64,000 nt of DNA, taken from positions 32,001 through 96,000 of the forward strand of contig JBCNVN010000001.1 in the NCBI GenBank assembly GCA_039630055.1, given 5' to 3'. This document shows positions 50,272 through 61,688 of the stretch, one piece after another. The stretch's first letter is position 1. Each line of letters opens with the position of its first letter. The notes under the pieces are model-generated. The model ran no database searches. It was not told where the DNA came from and worked only from the letters and a program-made list of their open reading frames with translations. The DNA is from Candidatus Caldarchaeales archaeon (GTDB lineage Archaea > Thermoproteota > Nitrososphaeria_A > Caldarchaeales > Wolframiiraptoraceae). The position numbers and the translations under genes were made by a program.

Positions 50272-50706
50272 ATGAAGAATCCTAACAAATTATTTATCAA
50301 GATATGGAAGAAGCTTTTCTCACCAGAGTTCTTAAAGTTTAATATAGTTGGAGGGGTCGGGATAGCTGTAAATATGTTCTCATATGTACTGCTGAACGAT
50401 CTTCTACACATACACTACATGCTCTCTGGAGCCTTATCGACAGAGATCGCAATAATCAATAATTTTGTATTGAATGATTTATGGACTTTCAGAAATAGGA
50501 ATAAAAGGATGAATCTTTGGGTTAGAGCCGGGTTATTCCATGCTTCACGTCTTATCGGTATGTTTGCAACCCTCAGCATATTCTTCATATTAGTAGATAT
50601 ATTTAAAATGAATGATGTCTTAGCATACTTTTTCGCTATAGGAGTAGGAGTATTGGTAAATTTTTACACTAGTGATGTTTATGTATGGTCAGAGCGGAAA
50701 CTTTAG
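50272..50706 (+). CDS. GtrA-family membrane protein
   Basis: KFNIVG..G..VN, NNF.LND.WTF, four TM helices. Confidence 0.85.
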   Translation: MKNPNKLFIKIWKKLFSPEFLKFNIVGGVGIAVNMFSYVLLNDLLHIHYMLSGALSTEIAIINNFVLNDLWTFRNRNKRMNLWVRAGLFHASRLIGMFATLSIFFILVDIFKMNDVLAYFFAIGVGVLVNFYTSDVYVWSERKL

Positions 50707-51274
50707 AAGGTAGATGTACCTTCTCGATAGAAACGCTCAAAGTAGCCATTACTCCAAGCTTATCTAACGTTAACGCTATGATATAGCCTATTACCGAGCC
50801 TGGTATTGAGCTAGCAGCCCAACCAGCCCAGAAGACTGGTAGAAGATTTAGGACGCCCTCCCTCTCCATCAATCCAAGAAGTCTTACATCTCCTATCAAT
50901 GGAGCTAAGATTAGTAATGAGAAGGTTCCACCTATCAAGACCGTTCCAACAGGTTCTAAGAATGCTGCAGAATATTTTACAAATCTATTTCTCGACTTTC
51001 TCGTAAAGAGATATCCAAGTCCCACGAGTATTCCACCCGGTATCCCTCCTGGAAAAGCGTATAGCGTTCCTATCCCTAGCATATTTCTTATAGAGCCGAT
51101 GAATATTGCTGCCATGGCAGCCCACCATGGCCCGATAGTTATACCGCTCATCACATTTATAAAATGCTGTGTTGGATAAGCTTTAGTCGTAATAAATTGG
51201 AACCAGAAGAATGGTGCTAATGAGACGCCGAGAGCTGTGAAGACAGCTAATAAAGCAATCTTCTTAGTCTGCAC
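50669..51274 (-). CDS. thiW: ECF transporter S-component ThiW (thiazole)
   Basis: KAYPTQHFINV..G...GPW, RN.LG.GT..AFPG, EP.GT..IG. Confidence 0.88.
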   Translation of the reverse strand: MQTKKIALLAVFTALGVSLAPFFWFQFITTKAYPTQHFINVMSGITIGPWWAAMAAIFIGSIRNMLGIGTLYAFPGGIPGGILVGLGYLFTRKSRNRFVKYSAAFLEPVGTVLIGGTFSLLILAPLIGDVRLLGLMEREGVLNLLPVFWAGWAASSIPGSVIGYIIALTLDKLGVMATLSVSIEKVHLPSKVSALTIHKHH

Positions 51275-51487
51275 TTAAACCACTAATTCTATTCTAACTC
51301 TTAAAGATCTTTATAAATGATAGTATAAGCATCTTATATTTCTATTAAAAGTATGTTAAGAAAATGGGAGACTATAGTTCGTGATAATTGAAGATTCTAA
51401 GATACATCATCCATGCTAGAGTACCGATGAAATCTTCGATACACATCGCAATATTCTTACATTGGTGAAAGAATTATTATTGATGGT

Positions 51488-52813
51488 ATGGCTAAGAAGA
51501 AAGTAATAATCATGGGTGCAGCTGGGAGAGATTTCCATAACTTCAACATGTATTTTAAGGATAATCAAGATTATGAGGTCATCGCATTCACATTCTCCCA
51601 GATACCTGGGCTGAGTTATAGATCTTATCCACCTGAGCTGGCTGGTCCAAACTATCCTGAAGGCATACCCATATACCCTGAAGAAATGTTGGTAGAATTG
51701 ATCAAAAAATACAATATTGATCTAGTGGTCTTATCATATAGCGATCTAACCCATGAAGATGTTATGCATAAAGCTTCTCAAGTAATAGCTGCAGGAGCAG
51801 ATTTCATGCTTCTAGGTCCGAAGAATACTATGCTAGAGCCCACCCTACCAACCATCGCGGTTACGGCCGTCCGAACTGGTGCTGGAAAAAGCACGGTTGT
51901 AAGAAAGATCGCCTCTATATTGAAGAAGTGGAATATTAGATTTAACATAGTTAGACATCCGATGCCTTATAGTAGGATACTCAGACATCGTGTACAGAGA
52001 TTTAGCTCGTTTGAAGACTTAGATAGATACGAGTGTACAATAGAAGAGAGAGAAGAGTATGAACCTCACCTAGAGATGGGAAATACAGTTTATGCAGGGG
52101 TAGATTATAGAGAAGTTTTAAGAGAAGCCTCGATAGGTGTAGACGTCCTGGTCTGGGATGGTGGAAATAACGACTTCCCATTCTTTAGACCTTCTTTAAT
52201 GATATCGGTTGCAGATGCTCTTAGACCAGGTCAGGAAGTCTCAGCATATCCAGGAGAAGTAAATATTAGAATGGCCGACGTAGTAGTAATAAATAAAGTG
52301 AATGCAGCAGATCCAGACAGCGTTAAGACTATAGAAGAAAATATAATGAGATTGAATGAGAGAGCGATAATCATAAAAGCATCCTCGAGGCTCTATGTTC
52401 CAGATCCTAAAATTATTGAAGGGAGAAGGGTTCTTGTAGTAGAAGATGGTCCAACCGTTACCCATGGGGGGATGAGCTATTCTATCGGAATGCTCGCCGC
52501 CAAAATGTATGGTGCTAGAGAAATAATAGATCCGAGAGATTATGCGGTCGGATCAATTAAGGAGGTTTATAGTATATACACTCATATCGGCCCCGTCCTT
52601 CCAGCTCTAGGATATAGTAGAGAACAGATAGAAGAACTCCGAGAGACTATTAGAAGAATCGATTGTGATCTTATCATCCTTGGAACACCGATAAATCTGG
52701 GAAGATTAATGAATCTTGATAAACCATGTTTGAAAGTAAGATATGAGCTTGAAGAGATATCTAAGCCAGACCTTGAAGATGTATTAAAGAATTCTGGAAT
52801 ATTGAGGGGTTGA
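51488..52813 (+). CDS. COG2403 cyclic-2,3-diphosphoglycerate-synthetase-like P-loop protein; probable arginine synthetase
   Basis: IMGAAGRDFHNFN, AVRTGAGKS, RHPMPY, TIEEREEYE, WDGGNND, EDGPT.THGGM. Confidence 0.8.
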   Translation: MAKKKVIIMGAAGRDFHNFNMYFKDNQDYEVIAFTFSQIPGLSYRSYPPELAGPNYPEGIPIYPEEMLVELIKKYNIDLVVLSYSDLTHEDVMHKASQVIAAGADFMLLGPKNTMLEPTLPTIAVTAVRTGAGKSTVVRKIASILKKWNIRFNIVRHPMPYSRILRHRVQRFSSFEDLDRYECTIEEREEYEPHLEMGNTVYAGVDYREVLREASIGVDVLVWDGGNNDFPFFRPSLMISVADALRPGQEVSAYPGEVNIRMADVVVINKVNAADPDSVKTIEENIMRLNERAIIIKASSRLYVPDPKIIEGRRVLVVEDGPTVTHGGMSYSIGMLAAKMYGAREIIDPRDYAVGSIKEVYSIYTHIGPVLPALGYSREQIEELRETIRRIDCDLIILGTPINLGRLMNLDKPCLKVRYELEEISKPDLEDVLKNSGILRG

Positions 52814-52820
52814 AGGATGG

Positions 52821-53360
52821 TTGAGAGAATTCCTAGATAAGAAGACGCTTTTATCTGGAGAAGCTGGGTCAGGAAAGACAAAATTTATAGTAAACTTTCT
52901 CAAATTCCTAGTAGATAATGGTTATGGAAAGGATACTACTGTTATCGATATGGCCCCCTCAAAGATCTATGGGATTGGAGGTTCTATGAGAGAATATACG
53001 GACATAGTCTCGAATACAAGATATCTTAAACCAGAGAATATATGGCCCCCTAGACTACTGGGTAAAGATAGGCTAGAAGTCTTAAAATACTCTGAAGAGA
53101 ATATGAAAAGCCTCACCCCTCTTATAGATGAATATCTATCTAATCCAACCAGTATACTTCTTGTAAACGATTTAACCATCTACCTCCATGCAGGAGATAT
53201 CGAGAAGATCTTAAAACTAATAGATGTTCCAAAAACTTTTATGGCTACTGCATACGAGGGGGTTAGATTAGAAGATGATAAAGGTTCAGGGATAACAGAG
53301 AGGGAGAGAAGACTCCTCAACATATTAAAGAAGAAAATGGATAATGTTTTAAAATTCTAA
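52821..53360 (+). CDS. Small uncharacterised P-loop NTPase
   Basis: Walker [26 protein letters not shown]. Confidence 0.65.
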   Translation: MREFLDKKTLLSGEAGSGKTKFIVNFLKFLVDNGYGKDTTVIDMAPSKIYGIGGSMREYTDIVSNTRYLKPENIWPPRLLGKDRLEVLKYSEENMKSLTPLIDEYLSNPTSILLVNDLTIYLHAGDIEKILKLIDVPKTFMATAYEGVRLEDDKGSGITERERRLLNILKKKMDNVLKF

Positions 53361-53422
53361 ACCAGCAATATAAGATATTAATGTCTAAATTTATTAAACC
53401 GTCTGAGAATAAGGTCTTGAGT

Positions 53423-54775
53423 ATGAAGGTTCCAAGAGCATTAACGATCGCCGGCTCCGATTCAGGTGGTGGAGCTGGGATACAGGCCGACCTGAAGACC
53501 TTTGCTGCTCTAGGAGTCCATGGCATGTCAGCGATTACATCTATCACCGCTCAGAATACTAAAACTGTAACAAAGGTACATGACGTACCTGTAGAGATTA
53601 TCAAGGAGCAGATAAGAGTGGTGGTTGAAGATATCGGGGTAGATGCGGTAAAAACGGGAATGCTCCACACATCGGAGATAATCTCTGCGGTCGCTGAGGA
53701 GCTTGAGAATATCGATGCTCCTATCGTAGTTGATCCTGTCATGATTGCGAAGAGTGGTGCGAGGCTACTGAGAGAAGATGCTGTAGAGAATCTGATCAAG
53801 AAAATCTTGCCTATCGCTACCGTAACTACTCCGAATGCTAGAGAAGCTGAAGTGTTGAGCGGTCTCAAGATAAATAGTATTGAAGATCAGAGGATGGCGG
53901 CTGAGAGGATATCGAGGCTAGGTCCAAAAGCAGTAGTTGTAAAGGGAGGACATATAGATGGTGAAGAAGTAATTGATATTCTATATTATCAGGGAGAGTT
54001 TAGAGAGTATAGTAGAACTAGGGTCGATACTAGGAACACTCATGGGACAGGATGTACATTTGCATCAGCGATAGCAGGGTATCTAGCGAAAGGCTACGAG
54101 ATCGTGGAAGCCGTAAAGGCTGCAAAAGAATTTGTAACAAATGCAATCCTATATGGGTTGGATATTGGAGGCGGTCACGGCCCTGTGAACCCGACTGGAA
54201 AACTAGTGAGAGACTCGGAAAGATACAGGGTACTAGAGAAGATTAGAGAAGCCTTGAAAACTATTGAGGAGTCTAGCTGGATGGCGGATCTTATCCCAGA
54301 ATCTCAGAGCAATCTAGTAATGGCTGTAGAGGATGCGGAGACATTAGATGATGTAGTAGGTGTACCCGGTAGGATTGTTAGAGTTGGTGAGAGGGTAAAG
54401 ATCTCTTCTTGCCCATGGTTCCAATCTTCTAGACACGTGGCCAGTGCTGTACTCACCATCATGAAGTATTTTCCTCAGATTAGATCTGCCATAAATATCA
54501 AGTATAGTGAAGAATTGGTGAAGGCTGCCGGCGAGCTCGGATTCTCGATAAGTAGTTATGATAGGAGAGAGGAGCCCATAGAGGTAAAGAGGACTGAGGG
54601 TGGTACGATTCCCTGGGGTATAAAGACCGCTCTAGAGAAAACGGGATGGAGACCTGTAGACTTAATCTATCATCTAGGAGACTGGGGTAAGGAGCCCATG
54701 ATCCTCATATTCGGTGTGGATGCTCTAGATGTTGTAAGTAAGCTGGAGAAGATTGCTTTTAAATTGAGAAGATAG
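53423..54775 (+). CDS. thiDN: Bifunctional HMP/HMP-P kinase and thiamine-phosphate synthase (ThiD-ThiN fusion)
   Basis: [30 protein letters not shown]; ThiN part PE..SN, PGRI, SRH.A, DRREEP, GKEPM. Confidence 0.94.
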   Translation: MKVPRALTIAGSDSGGGAGIQADLKTFAALGVHGMSAITSITAQNTKTVTKVHDVPVEIIKEQIRVVVEDIGVDAVKTGMLHTSEIISAVAEELENIDAPIVVDPVMIAKSGARLLREDAVENLIKKILPIATVTTPNAREAEVLSGLKINSIEDQRMAAERISRLGPKAVVVKGGHIDGEEVIDILYYQGEFREYSRTRVDTRNTHGTGCTFASAIAGYLAKGYEIVEAVKAAKEFVTNAILYGLDIGGGHGPVNPTGKLVRDSERYRVLEKIREALKTIEESSWMADLIPESQSNLVMAVEDAETLDDVVGVPGRIVRVGERVKISSCPWFQSSRHVASAVLTIMKYFPQIRSAINIKYSEELVKAAGELGFSISSYDRREEPIEVKRTEGGTIPWGIKTALEKTGWRPVDLIYHLGDWGKEPMILIFGVDALDVVSKLEKIAFKLRR

Positions 54776-54783
54776 AATCCTAT

Positions 54784-54805
54784 GAAGAGTTTCTCAAACC
54801 TCTTC
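54784..54805. terminator. Hairpin between convergent thiDN and PINA genes
   Basis: GAAGAG-TTT-CTC-AAA-C-CTCTTC imperfect stem-loop. Confidence 0.3.
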
Positions 54806-54868
54806 TAACCTTAAGATCGACCCCATACCTCTTCAAAAACGATGAAATTCCCCTATCAGTATGCTGTC

Positions 54869-56404
54869 TTATCTTGGATATGCTTCTAATCTTACTTCAA
54901 GTTTTCTAGCCATCTTCAAGAGCTTGTTCTGACATTTCTTAAGATAGATCCTATAAAATCTATCAGGTATATAGATTCTGATCGTGTCTTCATGTTCCTC
55001 TACCTCGTACTCTGGTATATATTTACCGAGTAAACTACTAATCTGTTTGACAGGGTGACTTGAGTCTTCTCTACTTCCACCTACAGGGACTACGAAGTTT
55101 CTCTCACCAAATACGTAAAGCTCATATTTTGGCTCACCAGTTAGAAAGTCTTTTACTATGACGGTCGGCCTTGCTAGATCTGCTTTTTTAAGACCGGTTG
55201 GAACCTTTACAACCATCTCTAAAGTATAGATCTCTGTAATCATACCTTTATCCATGAATATTACTGTATCTATTATCGATGGAAGAGTTCCTACATCTAC
55301 TTTATTCGCTATACGCTGGATTGCATCTATAGGAGAGGTCGCATGTATCACTCCAACCATACCTATACCTGCATACCTCAAATCGATGAATAGGCTGAAA
55401 TCTTCCGATCCCCTAATCTCATCGAATATGGTATAGTCTGGTCTGCTAAGTAGAAGGACATCATGAAGCTCGTTATCTTTAGATGTAGATTTAGAGTATT
55501 GGGTTATCTCAGGTGAGACATGCAGATCTCTCGGACTCTCAATAGTTTTAACGATCTTGTTCATCTGTCTATAGTGTTCTGCTAAAGCCTGGGCAAAGGT
55601 TGATTTACCCATTCCTGGAGGACCAGCTATAAGAATTCCCTCAGCATGGCCTTCAAGCCTATCGACTACCTCTCTCGGCAGATTGTAATCTCGTAAGCTT
55701 TTCTTTAGGATCGGTCTAACAACCGTTACCTCGAACCCATCTGAGAATGGAGGTCTAGTAACAACTATCCTATAATCTCTTAACTGGAATATCTTAACAT
55801 CTGACCTATCCACCTCTAGAAAAGAATCGACACCAAAAGAAGAATATGCTTCTCTCATTAAATGAGCTATAAGCAGCTCTAACCCTTCACGATTAACAGG
55901 CTTATCTGAGACCTCTTCTAACTTCCACTTGCCTGGAATACCTCTTTTAACTCTAGGTGGAAGTCCCTCTTTTAGATGTAGGCTCATAACATCTTCAGTG
56001 AATAATGTTTCCATGTTGAACGGTGGTGGAGGTAGATCATATAGTACCTCGACACCTACTGCTTGAGCTAATTTAGCGGTTATAGGATCACATGTGATTA
56101 ATGTTGCTTTTAGTTTTCTAGCTTCTTCTATGAGTTTGAGCCTATTATTTTCAGATCCCTCATCCACCTCTCCAATATAGCTTATTTCTACATTTTTCAT
56201 CTTACATATTCTTTCAAGCTCTTCTAATCCATCCATGGCTAGAGTATCCCCACCGACGGCGTACTTCTCTATCTCTGATAGTAGTAGCCGGTGAATTATC
56301 AGTCTACCCTTGAGTAATCCTTTCCCTACTAGATGGGATACCAACTTGAGCTGTATTGCAGATAGGTCTACTAACGCTAGCTCCACCATGAGCGTTTCTA
56401 CCAA
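54869..56404 (-). CDS. PINA ATPase (PIN domain, PilT/VirB11-like ATPase, KH-like tail)
   Basis: MSLHLKEG, RPPFSD..E.T.VRP, GPPGMGKSTF, ESPRDL, RPDYTIFDE, GVIHA. Confidence 0.88.
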   Translation of the reverse strand: MVETLMVELALVDLSAIQLKLVSHLVGKGLLKGRLIIHRLLLSEIEKYAVGGDTLAMDGLEELERICKMKNVEISYIGEVDEGSENNRLKLIEEARKLKATLITCDPITAKLAQAVGVEVLYDLPPPPFNMETLFTEDVMSLHLKEGLPPRVKRGIPGKWKLEEVSDKPVNREGLELLIAHLMREAYSSFGVDSFLEVDRSDVKIFQLRDYRIVVTRPPFSDGFEVTVVRPILKKSLRDYNLPREVVDRLEGHAEGILIAGPPGMGKSTFAQALAEHYRQMNKIVKTIESPRDLHVSPEITQYSKSTSKDNELHDVLLLSRPDYTIFDEIRGSEDFSLFIDLRYAGIGMVGVIHATSPIDAIQRIANKVDVGTLPSIIDTVIFMDKGMITEIYTLEMVVKVPTGLKKADLARPTVIVKDFLTGEPKYELYVFGERNFVVPVGGSREDSSHPVKQISSLLGKYIPEYEVEEHEDTIRIYIPDRFYRIYLKKCQNKLLKMARKLEVRLEAYPR

Positions 56405-56500
56405 CTATACCTACACTAGAATTCTATGAGCCACCTAATAAGTTAGTATATCTAAATCTAGATTGTAATAGTTATGCTAAATTTACTTGTTTAGTATAAC

Positions 56501-56791
56501 TTACTTCCGTTCAACCTTCTTCTCCTCAACTCTGTACTTTACCAAGAATTCATCATCTCCCAAGACTTGATAACCTGTTAAATTAACTCTATAATCATCT
56601 GTCAATCTCTCCATCTCGTAAATGAAGTCTTCCAGATAATCTATGAAGCCACATGTATGGCATAGAGATCCAGAGATCTTCAATACAACTTCATCATCCT
56701 TTATCTCTATCAACTCAGCCTCTGCTACAGATCTTCTATACTTGTTAAATTCTTGGATTGTCTTTACTATGACATCTCTTAGATTCGACAT
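56501..56791 (-). CDS. Small acidic CxxC protein with NifU-C-like motif
   Basis: EFNKYR...EA, VVLKISGSLCHTCG..DYLEDF; start at ATG 56791 avoids overlap with trm5. Confidence 0.65.
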   Translation of the reverse strand: MSNLRDVIVKTIQEFNKYRRSVAEAELIEIKDDEVVLKISGSLCHTCGFIDYLEDFIYEMERLTDDYRVNLTGYQVLGDDEFLVKYRVEEKKVERK

Positions 56792-56852
56792 CTTTGGGGA
56801 ACATAGAATGATGGATACTTTTAAGTTTTCCTCCAGTATGTTTAAAAATGGT

Positions 56853-57902
56853 TTGGAGGATAAGATAGCCGTCAAGATTGAAAAGTCCAAGGCTGAAGTT
56901 CTGAGGAGAAGATTGAAGGCTCTTAATATAATAGATGAAGATTTCAAACCGAGGTTTATAGATGGATATGTCTATTTCCCAATAAAATCTAGAGAGTTTT
57001 TAGACCTCATCTCAGATGAATATGTATTCGAAGTCGTTAGAGAGAGGTTTGAGAGACGTGGGAAGAAACCTAGAAGCTTGAGGGAGGCATTGGAGAAGAC
57101 TCTGCCCAGAGACCTCCACCATTACATCCCCTCATCTATAGACTTGATAGGACATATTGCATTGATAGATATCCCTGATCCACTAAAGGATTATAGTGGA
57201 GAAGTGGGTAGGGCAGTAATGATGGTCTATCCACATGTAAAGACAGTCTTATCAAAGGAAGGAGGAACTATCGGAGATTATAGGATAAGATCGTTTAATA
57301 TGATTGCAGGTTCACCGATAACTGAGACGATCTACAGAGAACATGGATGTATCTATAAGCTAGACTTAGGTAAAGTCTTCTTCAATCCTAGAATGAGTGG
57401 AGAGAGGCTTAGAATAGCATTAGAGGTCAAAGATGGAGAATACGTCCTGGATATGTTTGCCGGGATCGGTCCATTCTCAATCTTGATCGCTAAGAAGAAT
57501 CCTTCAGCAAGAGTTGTCGCGGTTGAGCTGAACCCTGAAGCATACAGATACCTAGTAGAGAATATCTATCTGAATAAGGTCTCTGAGAGGGTAGAGGCTG
57601 TTAGAGGAGATGTAAGAGAAGTTTTGAGAGCTCATGGCGGAGTCTTTGATAGAGTTATAATGGATCTTCCATTTAGAGCCTTAGAGTTCTTAGACTTAGC
57701 GTTAAATAATGTTAAGAAGTATGGGATAATCCACCTATACCATGTTGAGGAGGGAGAGAATGCTATAGATAAAGCATCTGTAAAGACTGTTAGGATAGCG
57801 GAAAAGATGAATATACGATTAGAGGTGGCTTATTCTCGTCGAGTACTTGAGGTAGCTCCGAGAAGATTCATCATAGCTCTAGACCTTCTTAGAAGAGAGT
57901 GA
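56853..57902 (+). CDS. trm5: Trm5/Taw2-family tRNA G37 methyltransferase
   Basis: D.IG.IA, T.Y.E.G..Y..D..KVFF.PR...ER, DMFAGIGPF, ELNP.A, MDLP; start reassigned to TTG 56853 (ATG 56838 possible). Confidence 0.85.
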   Translation: MEDKIAVKIEKSKAEVLRRRLKALNIIDEDFKPRFIDGYVYFPIKSREFLDLISDEYVFEVVRERFERRGKKPRSLREALEKTLPRDLHHYIPSSIDLIGHIALIDIPDPLKDYSGEVGRAVMMVYPHVKTVLSKEGGTIGDYRIRSFNMIAGSPITETIYREHGCIYKLDLGKVFFNPRMSGERLRIALEVKDGEYVLDMFAGIGPFSILIAKKNPSARVVAVELNPEAYRYLVENIYLNKVSERVEAVRGDVREVLRAHGGVFDRVIMDLPFRALEFLDLALNNVKKYGIIHLYHVEEGENAIDKASVKTVRIAEKMNIRLEVAYSRRVLEVAPRRFIIALDLLRRE

Positions 57903-57950
57903 ACCCTTATACGTCTCTTGATATAATATATCATCTGGAGATAATGGTCT

Positions 57951-58985
57951 ATGGGTGTAAAACTTGGAGATATAATCCCTGAAAATGTAGTCCAGAAGGT
58001 CTCTCTAGAAGATCTTAGAGGAAAACCTATCGCCTTTGATGCATACAATATGCTCTACCAATTCATAACGATAATAAGAGGTCTAGATGGTAGACCCCTA
58101 ATGGATAGACAGAATAGGATAACAAGCCATCTAAGCGGTTTATTCTTTAGAACTATAAATTTTCTGAAAATAGGAGTTAAACCAATATTCGTATATGATG
58201 GAAGACCACCGGAACTTAAGCAGCAAACCCTTGAGAAGAGGATGGAGAGGAAGGCTGAGGCCGCCCGACTATATCGTCAAGCTTTAGAAGAAGGAAGAGT
58301 TGAAGAAGCTAGAAAGTATGCACAACAGTCAGCGGTACTAGATGAGTATATAGTTGAGAGTTCTAAGAAGCTGATAAGATTGTTGGGGTTACCTATCATC
58401 CAAGCTTTAAGCGAGGGAGAGGCTCAAGCAGCCTACCTAGCTAGAAGGGGAGATGCATATGCCTCAGCCTCACAAGATATGGATTCACTCCTATTCGGCT
58501 CACCACGTCTAGTAAGGAATCTTTCAATAGTTGGGAGGAGAAAGCTTCCAGGAAGAAAAGAGTATGTAGAAGTCGAGCCAGAGATAATATGTCTAGATAC
58601 GCTACTCGATTCATTGAAGATCTCTAGAGAGCAACTAATCGATGTGGCCATACTTGTTGGGACAGACTATTTCGAAGGGGTTAAAGGTATAGGTCCAAAG
58701 AAAGCTCTTAAACTTATTAGAGAGTATGGATCGATAGAGGGTTCTTTAAGATACTTGAATATAGAACTCGAGGTAGACATTGATAGGATTAGAGAAATAT
58801 TCTTGAAGCCGAAGGTTTTAGAATCATATTCATTAGAATGGAAAGATCCAGACTATGAAGGTATTGAGGAGATGTTACATGGAGAACATGATTTTTCTCT
58901 ATCGAGGATTAGGAAAGCATTGGATGAGCTTAGAATTACTGTTGAAGAAGAAAGGAGAAAGACAAGTCTAGATACATGGCTTTAG
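57951..58985 (+). CDS. fen1: Flap endonuclease 1
   Basis: MGV, DAYN.LYQF, TSHLSGLF.RT, EGEAQAA, SQD.DSLLFG, GTDY, PIP box TSLDTWL. Confidence 0.97.
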   Translation: MGVKLGDIIPENVVQKVSLEDLRGKPIAFDAYNMLYQFITIIRGLDGRPLMDRQNRITSHLSGLFFRTINFLKIGVKPIFVYDGRPPELKQQTLEKRMERKAEAARLYRQALEEGRVEEARKYAQQSAVLDEYIVESSKKLIRLLGLPIIQALSEGEAQAAYLARRGDAYASASQDMDSLLFGSPRLVRNLSIVGRRKLPGRKEYVEVEPEIICLDTLLDSLKISREQLIDVAILVGTDYFEGVKGIGPKKALKLIREYGSIEGSLRYLNIELEVDIDRIREIFLKPKVLESYSLEWKDPDYEGIEEMLHGEHDFSLSRIRKALDELRITVEEERRKTSLDTWL

Positions 58986-59157
58986 AATCATTTACCTATA
59001 ATAAACGGTCATCAGCCTCTCAAATCATCTTTACTAGACCTGCTAGGTCTCTCCCTGCTTTTCTAGTATAGTTTTGATAAAAGCTTACGATAATTTCCTA
59101 ATCCTTAATTTTAGAGAATAGAGAAGTAATCTTTTGATCTAGATAGAAGTTATACGC

Positions 59158-59409
59158 TCATGATTCTCTCTGTTCTTTCTGGATCAGCTCGATCAGCTTC
59201 CTCTCTTCATCTAGACTGAAAACTCTTATCTTATCATGTATCTCCAACTTCATCAATATGCTTCTCAAATTTGTCAGAGTAATATCAATCCCTTTCTTCC
59301 TTAACTCTTCTAGAAGGTTCTCTTCTAACGCTTTTCCACCCATTTTTTGAAGTATCTCCATAACCCTTGCATATATCTCGCTCCTAAGAACTATGTGTCT
59401 CCGACTCAA
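59158..59409 (-). CDS. Small winged-helix-like hypothetical protein downstream of cdc48
   Basis: Helix pattern 'LRSILMKLEI...IRV'; co-oriented and closely spaced with cdc48. Confidence 0.6.
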   Translation of the reverse strand: MSRRHIVLRSEIYARVMEILQKMGGKALEENLLEELRKKGIDITLTNLRSILMKLEIHDKIRVFSLDEERKLIELIQKEQRES

Positions 59410-59422
59410 ACGTCTCCAACTC

Positions 59423-61597
59423 TCAACCTATCATTGTCAACTGTTTCTCCGTATACTTTAATACTTCTCTCATCCGTTCATACTCTCTTATCATCTGTGG
59501 AGATAAACTAGGCTTAACAGTTCTCAATGCTTCTTCAAAATCTTCTTTAGAAACATACTCAGCCTCAATATTCTTTCTGAGAGCGCTTAGAGCTGCTTCT
59601 CTACATACGGATTCAAGGTCTGCACCTGAGTATCCTTCTGTTCTAGCAGCCAGCTCTCTCAAGTTTACATCATTGGCCAAGGGCATCCTTCTAGTATATA
59701 TCTTGAATATAGAGAATCTGGCCTTTTCATCTGGTGGCGGGACGTATATTAGCCTATCTAGTCTTCCAGGTCTAAGAACTGCTGGATCTATCAGGTTAGG
59801 CCTGTTTGTCGCTCCTATAACTATTACATCTGCTAGTTCTTCTACTCCATCCATCTCTGATAGAAGCTGGCTTGAGACCCTGTTCGTTACACCTGAAGAA
59901 TCATCTAACAGATCTTTCCTAGGTATAATTGATTCGATCTCATCGAAGAATATTATACATGGAGATGCTTGCTTGGCTTTTCTAAATATCTCTCTCACAG
60001 CTTTCTCAGATTCTCCTACCCATTTACTGAATATCTCTGGACCTTTAACAGAGATGAAGTTAGCTTCAGACTCTGTGGCCACAGCCTTAGCCAGTAGAGT
60101 CTTACCACATCCTGGAGGGCCATAGAGTAGTATGCCTCTAGGAGGCTTTATATCAAACTTCTCAAATTTTTCAGGATATTTTAACGGCCACTCAACCGTC
60201 TCGACGAGCCTCTGCTTCAATTCTTCTAATCCACCTATATCCTCCCATCTAACATTTGGAACCTCTATCTCTACCTCCCTCAACGCCGTCGGCGTTATCT
60301 CTTTGAATGCATCTAAGAAATCTCTCATAGTAACCATCAAGCTGTCAAGGATTTCAGGAGATATCCTTTCTTCATTAAAATCTATGCTGGGAAGTATCCT
60401 TCTAATAGCTTTCATAGCAGCTTCTCTACATAGAGCCGCTAGGTCGGCTCCCGTATATCCTCTAGTCATCTCTGCCAGCTTATCTATCCTCACATCCTCA
60501 GATAGAGGCATACCACGAGTATGTATCTGGAGTATCTCTCTCCTACTATTCTTATCAGGTATACCTATCTCTATCTCTCTATCAAATCTTCCAGGCCTCC
60601 TTAATGCCGGGTCTAGTGCATTAGGCCTATTCGTTGCACCTATAACTATTACTTGTCCTCTAGTCTCGAGCCCGTCCATTAATGTTAGAAGCTGAGAGAC
60701 AACCCTCTTCTCAACCTCTCCTGTAACCTCACTCCTCTTAGGAGCGATAGCATCGATCTCATCGATGAAGATGATGCTTGGAGCTTCTTCCTCAGCTTTT
60801 CTAAATATCTCTCTCAGCCTCGCCTCGGTCTCCCCATAATACTTATTCATGATCTCTGGACCATTTATCAAGATGAAGTTTGCCTCCGCCTCTGTTGCAA
60901 CAGCCTTTGCTAATAGTGTTTTACCACATCCTGGAGGACCATATAATAGTACCCCTTTAGGTGGCTCGATACCGAGCTTCTGGAATAGTTCAGGATATCT
61001 GAGTGGTAGCTCTATCATTTCTCTTATCCTCTGTATCTGTTCTTGTAGACCACCTATATCCTCATAAGTTACACTCGTTCTGAAGGTCTTCTCTTGGATT
61101 ACCTTACTATGTATTACAAGCTTTGTCTTAGGGGTTATTTTTACAACCCCAGCAGGTCTTGTCTGGATCACGGCGAAGGTGAATAGGTTCCCGAAGAATA
61201 GTACTGGAACCACATTTTTCTGTACTAGTGGATATTCTATAAGGCGACTCTTGATAAGCCTGGTAAAATTCTCATCGGATTTAATAGTAGTATTTACAGG
61301 TGCAAGCACTACTAATTGAGCTTCTTTTACATCTGCTTTACGGATAGTGACCCAGTCATTTAATGCTACTCCCGCATTACTCCGAATATATCCATCGATC
61401 CTGATAACATCTTTCTCATCTTCGAGATAGCCTAGCCAAAGAGTTGCAGCCGCAAGCTTCTTACCTCTAATCTCCACCATATCCCCTGTCTGGAAGCCGG
61501 CATTCGAACCTACTTCTCTATCTATTCTAGCTATACCATAGCCTACATCTCTCTGTCTAGCTTCAGCGACTCTTAGCCTAAGTTCCCTAGGGCTCAT
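59423..61597 (-). CDS. cdc48: CDC48/VAT AAA+ ATPase
   Basis: N-domain L.VAEA..RDVG.GIAR; two AAA modules with GPPGCGKT and RPGR.DR. Confidence 0.97.
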   Translation of the reverse strand: MSPRELRLRVAEARQRDVGYGIARIDREVGSNAGFQTGDMVEIRGKKLAAATLWLGYLEDEKDVIRIDGYIRSNAGVALNDWVTIRKADVKEAQLVVLAPVNTTIKSDENFTRLIKSRLIEYPLVQKNVVPVLFFGNLFTFAVIQTRPAGVVKITPKTKLVIHSKVIQEKTFRTSVTYEDIGGLQEQIQRIREMIELPLRYPELFQKLGIEPPKGVLLYGPPGCGKTLLAKAVATEAEANFILINGPEIMNKYYGETEARLREIFRKAEEEAPSIIFIDEIDAIAPKRSEVTGEVEKRVVSQLLTLMDGLETRGQVIVIGATNRPNALDPALRRPGRFDREIEIGIPDKNSRREILQIHTRGMPLSEDVRIDKLAEMTRGYTGADLAALCREAAMKAIRRILPSIDFNEERISPEILDSLMVTMRDFLDAFKEITPTALREVEIEVPNVRWEDIGGLEELKQRLVETVEWPLKYPEKFEKFDIKPPRGILLYGPPGCGKTLLAKAVATESEANFISVKGPEIFSKWVGESEKAVREIFRKAKQASPCIIFFDEIESIIPRKDLLDDSSGVTNRVSSQLLSEMDGVEELADVIVIGATNRPNLIDPAVLRPGRLDRLIYVPPPDEKARFSIFKIYTRRMPLANDVNLRELAARTEGYSGADLESVCREAALSALRKNIEAEYVSKEDFEEALRTVKPSLSPQMIREYERMREVLKYTEKQLTMIG

Positions 61598-61688
61598 CCA
61601 AGATCTAGAACATTAAATCCTCTATTTAAACGAGTGTCTTAAACAAATATGAAGTTTCAATACTCTTTACGGGGATCGTAATTCTATA

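Noticed and set aside
51275-51487. TPP riboswitch or ThiR operator upstream of thiW
   Set aside because: No CTGAGA/ACCTGA core seen; the TTATA-N8-TATAA symmetry at 51311 is explainable as a TATA box.
56643-56947. Apparent 300-bp head-to-head overlap of trm5 and the CxxC gene
   Set aside because: Artefact of longest-ORF starts; downstream starts (56791 and 56853) remove the overlap.
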